Assembly: GCF_000155895.1 (NCBI RefSeq)
Contig: NZ_DS995298.1
Location: forward strand, 1,140,001-1,172,000
Direction of reading: 5' to 3'
Source of the DNA: Candidatus Pelagibacter sp. HTCC7211
GTDB taxonomy: Bacteria; Pseudomonadota; Alphaproteobacteria; Pelagibacterales; Pelagibacteraceae
Length of the DNA: 32,000 nucleotides
Shown: positions 26,597-32,000 of the stretch, one piece after another
Layout: every line of letters starts with the position of its first letter
How positions within the stretch are numbered: the stretch's first letter is position 1
The notes under the pieces: model-generated
The model's input: the letters and a program-made list of their open reading frames with translations, nothing else
What the model was told of the DNA's origin: nothing
Databases searched by the model: none
Program-made: the position numbers and the translations under genes

Positions 26597-27046
26597 TTAA
26601 ATTTTAAGATCAAGTCTAGGTTTCCAGAATGGTCTAAATAGCTCAATTTTAGGACATCTGTTCATTACTACTTTAAGTCCAGCATCTTCTGCTAATTTTG
26701 CAGCATCATGATTAATAACACCAATTTGTCCCCATAAAACTTTAGCATTAATATTAATAGCTTCTTCTGCAATACCATAAAGATCTTCAGGTTTTCTAAA
26801 AACTTCTACCATATCTACAGGTCTATCGATTGCTTTTAAATCTGGGTAAACTTTTAAACCTCTTATCTCTGTTATACCAGGGCGCGGATTCACTGGAATC
26901 ATATCATAACCTGTTTCATGCAAAACTCTTAATACACCATAGCTAAATTTTGTTTTATCAGGGCTAGCTCCAACCATTGCAATTGTTTTTACTGAACTAA
27001 GTATATTTCTTAAGTATTCATCTGAGTAAGGCTCTTTATGATTCAT
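26597..27046 (-). CDS. CoA-binding domain protein (YccU-like)
   Basis: 149 aa. Blocks IAMVGASPDKTKFSYGV...GYDMIPVNP...VDMVEVFRKPE...WGQIGV match the CoA_binding_2 pattern. Confidence 0.8.
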   Translation of the reverse strand: MNHKEPYSDEYLRNILSSVKTIAMVGASPDKTKFSYGVLRVLHETGYDMIPVNPRPGITEIRGLKVYPDLKAIDRPVDMVEVFRKPEDLYGIAEEAININAKVLWGQIGVINHDAAKLAEDAGLKVVMNRCPKIELFRPFWKPRLDLKI

Positions 27047-27051
27047 AAGTG

Positions 27052-27414
27052 TTATTTTTTTTTATTTTTTTGAGTAGCAATATCAGCTTTTAGCTCATGC
27101 GGTGCAAGTGGGTCAAGAAAAGGATTTCTATAAAGTTTATCATGACTTTCAACTCCAATTTCAATAGTACAATCTGTTTTTGGTCTTGCAACACATAAGA
27201 TTATATATCCATTATTTATTTGACGATTATTAAGTGCCACTTGTGAACGCTGATCTATTTCACCTTCAATTAATTTAGCTGCGCAAGTAATACATCCTCC
27301 GTATTGACAACCGTAAGGTAAATCCACGCCTTGTTCTCTTAATTCTTGAAGTAAAGACATTCGTCCAGAAACTTTATAAACACTATTCCCTCGATTTGCG
27401 ATTGTGATCTGCAT
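27052..27414 (-). CDS. Plant-type [2Fe-2S] ferredoxin
   Basis: Exact C-x4-C-x2-C-x29-C motif (CQYGGCITC...LC). I moved the start from the track's TTG (27423) to the ATG at 27414, which overlaps the upstream TAA as TAATG. Confidence 0.85.
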   Translation of the reverse strand: MQITIANRGNSVYKVSGRMSLLQELREQGVDLPYGCQYGGCITCAAKLIEGEIDQRSQVALNNRQINNGYIILCVARPKTDCTIEIGVESHDKLYRNPFLDPLAPHELKADIATQKNKKK

Positions 27415-28787
27415 TAAAGCCAAATATCACTTGTACAATCTCCACCTGGGTACCTACTTTCGTGACACCTGCTTGGACCGTTTGGTTCTTTTCCAAAATC
27501 TACTATAAAATCTTTATTTATTTTCATACCACCATTTTCAACATCACAATCTATCATTATCATAGCTCCACCTTGTGTACGTATTTCAGGATAGAATTGA
27601 TTGTCCCAAGTAGAAAACAATGAAGTTGTGACATACATGCGTTTACCATCTAACGATAACTGATACATTTGTGGACCACCAGCAATCTTCACACCATTAA
27701 CAACGGGTGCTTTACCTAAAAGACCACCCATCCAAACTTGTCCTGTTAACTTTGGGTTATGAGGATCTGAAATATCATACTGTCTCATATCTCCATGTAA
27801 CCAATTGTTAAGATAAAGATATTTATCATCCATTGATACAAGGATGGCAGACATAACTCCAGGTACTGGAATTGGCCAATCCGGATGTGGTTCATTTTCT
27901 ACGTCTATGATTTTTTCCCATTCCCATTTTCCTTCTTTAGATTTCCAAAAATGAATTACATTTGCGCTTAGAGCTGCTCCACAAAAACCATGACTACTAT
28001 CAGGGTTGTGCATAAATTTAACTTCCAATGGTATTAAACCGTCTTCTCCTAGATACATTGTTTCAACTGGTTCTTTTTTTTTAAAATCCCAGATATGTAA
28101 TCTACGTCCATATTTTAAATGACCAACTTCTTCTAAATCAAAACCTGGCATAAATGTATTGGGTGCTGCCCACTCTGAACTTACCATGACGTTGTGTCGT
28201 GGCTGATACCAAAAATCATAACTAAATGGGATATCCCCCATAGAATTTTCCCATCTTCCTACAATTTCAAAATCTTTGTTTAAATGTAAATATCCACCTG
28301 GTGCTTCACCTCTTGCATTGCCTAAAAAAGAAATAATTATTTCAGAGCCTAAACAGTGGACTGTATGGGGGCCTGATAAATTAGTTTTAGATTTAATTTC
28401 TGAACCTTCAATAATTTTATGAATTCTAGGTGCAAATGGGTCTGTTGCAGTATCAATTACATGAATATTATTAGATCTTACACCTGGTACTAAAAGGTAT
28501 TTTCTACTCATACCTTCATCACCATGACATGAAGAACAAGCATTCCATCCCATATGATGCAATTCATCTCCTATACCTGGCATTTCAAGTCGGTGAATAA
28601 CTTTTGAATATGTGGGACTGTCTGGATCTACATCAATAGTTGCTAGATAATCTGGTTTCTGAATTCCAGTACCTGTGTAAATTGCTATTGTATATAAAAG
28701 TTTTTCACTTGGTGCTTTTATTGCATCTGCTGGACTAGCATATCCAGGACCACAACATGTTTTTTTTTCATTTATAATATTAGTCAT
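27414..28787 (-). CDS. mtoX: SBP56-family selenium-binding protein homologue / putative methanethiol oxidase, cytoplasmic
   Basis: 457 aa. N-terminal CCGPGYASPADAIK, GWNACSSCHGD and HNVMVSSEWAAPN closely parallel SELENBP1/MtoX blocks. No signal peptide is present. Confidence 0.9.
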   Translation of the reverse strand: MTNIINEKKTCCGPGYASPADAIKAPSEKLLYTIAIYTGTGIQKPDYLATIDVDPDSPTYSKVIHRLEMPGIGDELHHMGWNACSSCHGDEGMSRKYLLVPGVRSNNIHVIDTATDPFAPRIHKIIEGSEIKSKTNLSGPHTVHCLGSEIIISFLGNARGEAPGGYLHLNKDFEIVGRWENSMGDIPFSYDFWYQPRHNVMVSSEWAAPNTFMPGFDLEEVGHLKYGRRLHIWDFKKKEPVETMYLGEDGLIPLEVKFMHNPDSSHGFCGAALSANVIHFWKSKEGKWEWEKIIDVENEPHPDWPIPVPGVMSAILVSMDDKYLYLNNWLHGDMRQYDISDPHNPKLTGQVWMGGLLGKAPVVNGVKIAGGPQMYQLSLDGKRMYVTTSLFSTWDNQFYPEIRTQGGAMIMIDCDVENGGMKINKDFIVDFGKEPNGPSRCHESRYPGGDCTSDIWL

Positions 28788-28789
28788 AA

Positions 28790-28987
28790 TTATTTATTCT
28801 TTTTTATTTGTTCCTCACAAAACTTTTTTGCTTCTTTTAAATCTGTAATTTTTGATTCAGATAATTTTTGACTACCTGCAAGACATGCGTCTACAGCTCT
28901 TTTAAAATTATGATCATTAAAACTTAAAATAAAAAACATGCCTGCAATTATAAAAATTATAATAAAGAAATTTTTTTTATTTAACAC
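28790..28987 (-). CDS. Small single-pass membrane protein, unknown function
   Basis: 65 codons from a GTG that overlaps the upstream TAG. One TM segment (FFIIIFIIAGMFFILSF) and a charged C-terminal tail with 2 Cys. Its TAA stop is separated from the SBP56 ATG by 2 nt. The start codon is uncertain. Confidence 0.4.
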   Translation of the reverse strand: MLNKKNFFIIIFIIAGMFFILSFNDHNFKRAVDACLAGSQKLSESKITDLKEAKKFCEEQIKKNK

Positions 28988-29766
28988 TATTTATTTTTCC
29001 ACTTTGGTTTTCTTTTTTCCAAGAAAGCTGAAATTCCTTCTTTTGCATCCATTGCCATCATATTAATTGTCATCATTTTGCTTGTATATGCGTAAGCTTT
29101 TGCTAAAGGCATCTCTAATTGTTTATAAAAAGCTTGTTTTCCAATTTTAATCGTTAGATTTGATTTTGACGCAATAAGTTTTGCAACTTTTAAAACTTCA
29201 GAATTTAATTTTGATGCAGCAAAACAATCATTAATAAGACTTATTTCTTTTGCATAACTTGCTTTAATAGGCTCACCCGTTAGCAACATTTTCATCATAG
29301 GTTTTCTATTAATTTTTCTACTTACAGCAACCATAGGTGTGCTGCAAAATAAACCAATATTTACTCCAGGGGTAGCAAATAAAGCTTCTTTAGTACTATA
29401 AGCTAGATCGCAACTCGCAACTAACTGACATCCTGCAGCAAAAGCTGCTCCATGCACTTTAGCAATAACGGGTTTCCTTCCTTCAACAATTTGAAGCATT
29501 ACTTTTGAGCAAAGATTAAATAGTTTTTGATATTTTTCTTTTTTTTTTAATCCTCTTACTTCTTTTAAATTGTGACCTGCGCTAAAACCTTTGCCGGCAC
29601 CTTCTAAAATTATAACTTTAACATTTTTATCAGCATCTAATTTTTTTAAACTCTTTAATAAATCTGAAAGATTTTTAAATGATAATGAATTATAGGTTTG
29701 AGGCTCATCAATAATTATTGATGATATATCTTTGTCGATTTTTTTTATTTTAATATTGCTTGTCAT
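28987..29766 (-). CDS. Crotonase-superfamily protein, ECHDC3-like (both canonical hydratase glutamates absent)
   Basis: 259 aa. Oxyanion-hole block GAGKGFSAGHNLKE. Where canonical hydratases have GGGxEL and PE, this protein has AAGCQL and TPGVNIG. The pattern AAGCQLVASCD...ATPGVNIGLFCSTP...AFLEKRKPKW matches my recollection of ECHDC3. Confidence 0.85.
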   Translation of the reverse strand: MTSNIKIKKIDKDISSIIIDEPQTYNSLSFKNLSDLLKSLKKLDADKNVKVIILEGAGKGFSAGHNLKEVRGLKKKEKYQKLFNLCSKVMLQIVEGRKPVIAKVHGAAFAAGCQLVASCDLAYSTKEALFATPGVNIGLFCSTPMVAVSRKINRKPMMKMLLTGEPIKASYAKEISLINDCFAASKLNSEVLKVAKLIASKSNLTIKIGKQAFYKQLEMPLAKAYAYTSKMMTINMMAMDAKEGISAFLEKRKPKWKNK

Positions 29767-30618
29767 TTAATCAGTTAACCCATCGGATCTTGCTTGATTT
29801 CTTTCTATATGAATTGGTAAAACTTTGCCATATATTGCTTTAGAATGCTCAGGTGTATTAACTCTCCATGGATCCAATACATAAGCTGGTATACACATAT
29901 ATCTTGATTTTTTACCTTCAACTTTGGTTACTCTATGAAGTGTAAATCTTCCTTTAAATATTTGTAAATCACCAGGTTCTAACTTTAATTGTTTAACTTT
30001 CGTCCTATCTCCATTTAAAACTTTTTTAACCTCTTCAAAATTTTCATTCCCTGGTTCTCTTATGTTTGCACAATATTCAAAAATCCCACCATTTTCAGGT
30101 TTCTGGATCATTAAACTTAAAGTAAATTCGCAGCTATCAAAATGCCATGGAAGAATTCCTTCAGGTTTCATTACATTATATGCATGGCAAGCCAATGGGT
30201 CGGCCCATCTGTATATTGGAGAAACACCTAGGCAAGCAGAAACAAATTTCAAAAGCTCTTCAGTTTCATAAAGGTATTTCATTTCTGAATTTTTTTGAAA
30301 ACAGTCAGAATTTAGATATCCATTATATCTTTCCATAAAATTTCTCTTAGGATGTTCTTTAGGTAAAGATGGATCATCTTTAGCATATAAGTATGCATTG
30401 ATTTTTTCCTTAGACATATAAACTTCATCAAGCTGCTTTTCTAATTCTAAATTCATTGTCTCTAAAGATTTAGGTAAAATAAAATTTGGTATGGTAGAAC
30501 AGCTATCTTGGTCTAGTTCTTTTTTACACTTCTCAATTAATCTTTTAATAATTGGAGAATTTAAATCATGAATAGGATATTTTTCTAAATCAACAATAGT
30601 TTTAAGTCTATCGTTCAT
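29767..30618 (-). CDS. Fe(II)/2-oxoglutarate-dependent oxygenase, unknown substrate
   Basis: 283 aa. HxD (WHFD), distal His (TLHRV) and an Arg 11 residues later (SRY) fit the 2OG oxygenase facial triad and 2OG-binding Arg. The stop abuts the crotonase ATG with 0 nt between them. Confidence 0.6.
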   Translation of the reverse strand: MNDRLKTIVDLEKYPIHDLNSPIIKRLIEKCKKELDQDSCSTIPNFILPKSLETMNLELEKQLDEVYMSKEKINAYLYAKDDPSLPKEHPKRNFMERYNGYLNSDCFQKNSEMKYLYETEELLKFVSACLGVSPIYRWADPLACHAYNVMKPEGILPWHFDSCEFTLSLMIQKPENGGIFEYCANIREPGNENFEEVKKVLNGDRTKVKQLKLEPGDLQIFKGRFTLHRVTKVEGKKSRYMCIPAYVLDPWRVNTPEHSKAIYGKVLPIHIERNQARSDGLTD

Positions 30619-30622
30619 TGCT

Positions 30623-30997
30623 TTATTTTAGTTTGCCTTCTTCTCTCATTTTTGCTCTAATTTTTGTAGCTGAGATTTCTTGAATTTCTTTTGATAGTTC
30701 AATTTCTTCAATTTTATAACCAACTCCTCTACCGTAACAAATATTAGTAATATTCGGAACCATCATAATTTTAAATTGTCCTTCAAATTCTGGATTTAAC
30801 CTATCTTCAATATTTTTTTTTACAGTTTCAAAATCAAATGGATTATCATCCACTCCTTGAACGTCTCTAATTTGAATACACACTTGACCAGTTTTTTTTA
30901 TAATTTCTTTAAACAATGTGTAATGGCCATCATGAAATGGTTGCCACCTTCCTAACATTTGAGCTGTTGGTTTTTTATTATCCCATTGGTATGACAT
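30623..30997 (-). CDS. Minimal HxGH nucleotidyltransferase (NMNAT/cytidylyltransferase-like)
   Basis: 124 aa. GRWQPFHDGH compares with GRFQPFHxGH of archaeal/NadM NMN adenylyltransferases. C-terminal ISATKIR is the ISxTxxR motif. SD AAGGGG lies upstream. Confidence 0.65.
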   Translation of the reverse strand: MSYQWDNKKPTAQMLGRWQPFHDGHYTLFKEIIKKTGQVCIQIRDVQGVDDNPFDFETVKKNIEDRLNPEFEGQFKIMMVPNITNICYGRGVGYKIEEIELSKEIQEISATKIRAKMREEGKLK

Positions 30998-31008
30998 GAT
31001 TTTACCCC

Positions 31009-31422
31009 TTATTTTAAATTAATATCTTCAAATATTTTTGGTGCCCAATTTTTAGCATCTTGTGTAGTAACATGAAAGTCAAACTTATCTGGTTTGATAA
31101 ACATTTTGTTAGTATCATCAAATCTTCCTTCTTTAATAGTATCTACCCATATAACATAATCAGCAGGAAACAAACTTCTCGCTTCTGGTGTTGGACATAT
31201 AAAATCTGCTACAACATCAAATCCTTGTTCTTTTAATTTTAGAGCAAAATCTGACATTCTTTTAGCTTGCCGCTTTCTTCCTTCTTCAGAAAAATCCCAA
31301 TCATTTGCCTCTTTTCTAACTTCATCAGCATTCAATCTCTTAGCATTTAACATTGGTGCTAATTCTCCTGCCAAAGTTGTTTTTCCTGAACCAGGCAAAC
31401 CCATTATTAAAATTATTTTCAT
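31009..31422 (-). CDS. Short P-loop kinase, adenylylsulfate (APS) kinase-like
   Basis: 137 aa. Walker A GLPGSGKTT. The blocks LNADEVR, DFSEEGRKRQAKRM, DFICPTPEAR and VIWVDT parallel CysC blocks LDGDxxR, GFSxxDRxENIRR, FISPxxxxR and EVFVDT. Confidence 0.6.
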   Translation of the reverse strand: MKIILIMGLPGSGKTTLAGELAPMLNAKRLNADEVRKEANDWDFSEEGRKRQAKRMSDFALKLKEQGFDVVADFICPTPEARSLFPADYVIWVDTIKEGRFDDTNKMFIKPDKFDFHVTTQDAKNWAPKIFEDINLK

Positions 31423-32000
31423 TAAATATCTTCTAACGGATGATGGGACATTAGTTCAAGTCCATTTTGACCCACTAAATATTGTTGCTCAAGTTTTACG
31501 CCCTCTTTACCACCAACTTTTCCAATATAGCTTTCAACAGTAATAGTCATGTTTTTTTGAAATATACCGCCTTTGTCTCCACCATCTGTTGGATATCTTA
31601 TTGATGGCCACTCATCGCACAAACCTATTCCGTGAACCATCACAGAATATCTATTGCCATAATATTCTTTAGGAAGTTTCCAAGATTTTTCTATAAACTC
31701 TTTAAAAGTCGTACCATCTTTTATTAAACTTGAATTATGGTTAATTTGATTAACTGCCATTGAATAAAGATTTTTTTGATTATCATTAAAAATATTTCCG
31801 CATACAAATGTTCTCGATATATCAGCACAATATCCATAAGGTCCTACCATATCAGTATCAAATGAAACAATTTCTCCCTGTTGTATTATCTTATTACTAC
31901 TTTCTTGCATCCAAGGATTTGTTCTCTCCCCTGATGATAAAATTCTACACTCAATCCATTCACCGCCATTTTCTATATTTGTTTTGTGAAGTATCGACCA
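31422..32000 (-). CDS. M24-family metallohydrolase (creatinase/Xaa-Pro peptidase/DoeA/DddP-like), partial
   Basis: The frame stays open upstream of the track's Met to the window edge, so the N-terminus is missing. Pita-bread blocks FDTD, GYCADISRTF, HGIGL, VESY and LEQQ are present. The substrate is not assignable. Confidence 0.7.
   Translation of the reverse strand, partial: WSILHKTNIENGGEWIECRILSSGERTNPWMQESSNKIIQQGEIVSFDTDMVGPYGYCADISRTFVCGNIFNDNQKNLYSMAVNQINHNSSLIKDGTTFKEFIEKSWKLPKEYYGNRYSVMVHGIGLCDEWPSIRYPTDGGDKGGIFQKNMTITVESYIGKVGGKEGVKLEQQYLVGQNGLELMSHHPLEDI

Noticed and set aside
28987-29766. Calling the crotonase a DmdD/AcuH-type methylthioacryloyl-CoA or acryloyl-CoA hydratase that feeds methanethiol to the adjacent SBP56 enzyme.
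   Set aside because: It is attractive by position, but both catalytic glutamates of canonical hydratases are substituted (Q in AAGCQL, G in TPGVNIG). The specific assignment is unsupported, so I kept it only as an orphan-family finding.
31422-32000. Calling the partial M24 protein DddP (DMSP lyase), creatinase or ectoine hydrolase.
   Set aside because: Only the generic pita-bread metal-ligand blocks are visible and the N-terminal domain is outside the window. Discrimination needs phylogeny.
1-32000. A search for CRISPR repeats, tRNA/rRNA, transposase or integrase genes, prophage remnants, toxin-antitoxin pairs or known defence-system genes.
   Set aside because: None was found. There are no periodic direct repeats and no GC-rich structured RNA-sized gaps. 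Every ORF over 100 aa is accounted for by metabolic, transport, redox or hypothetical genes.

Overview
This is an AT-rich, extremely gene-dense chromosomal segment. It holds about 40 protein genes, and most junctions are 0-15 nt or overlap as TAATG/ATGA. It looks like a streamlined marine alphaproteobacterium (SAR11/Pelagibacterales-like), but that is inference from composition, packing and gene content, since no database search was possible. I saw no rRNA, tRNA, CRISPR array, transposase, integrase or phage genes, and no recognisable defence system.

Gene content, in order:
- isocitrate lyase and a DmdA-like GcvT-family aminomethyltransferase
- an ABC-2 exporter
- a cytochrome c'/cytochrome b561 pair, a SAM methyltransferase and a MATE exporter
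- DUF4396, a c-type cytochrome and an ETHE1-type persulfide dioxygenase
- AzlCD
- a ferric-iron ABC importer (fbpABC-like) with Fur-box-like operators
- LysR, an AcuI/YhdH-type reductase, FolE, HisI and DUF2237
- a dimethylglycine-dehydrogenase-family enzyme, EtfB, EtfA and ETF-QO as one block
- a long co-directional minus-strand array: M24 hydrolase (partial), APS-kinase-like P-loop protein, mini HxGH nucleotidyltransferase, Fe(II)/2OG oxygenase, ECHDC3-type crotonase lacking the catalytic glutamates, small membrane protein, SBP56/methanethiol-oxidase-family protein, plant-type [2Fe-2S] ferredoxin and CoA-binding protein, followed by a BT1-like transporter, a flavodoxin-like reductase and a DUF4864-like protein

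Best candidates for something undescribed:
1. The cytoplasmic SBP56-ferredoxin-CoA-binding module and the tightly coupled array upstream of it.
2. The unusually long, structured 278-nt spacer inside the iron ABC operon. It holds an 18-bp hairpin whose loop is complementary to the permease SD region, a second hairpin sharing the GTGAAC core, and an unannotated 53-codon Cys-motif ORF.

All functional calls come from motif and family recognition by eye. None has been verified by search.
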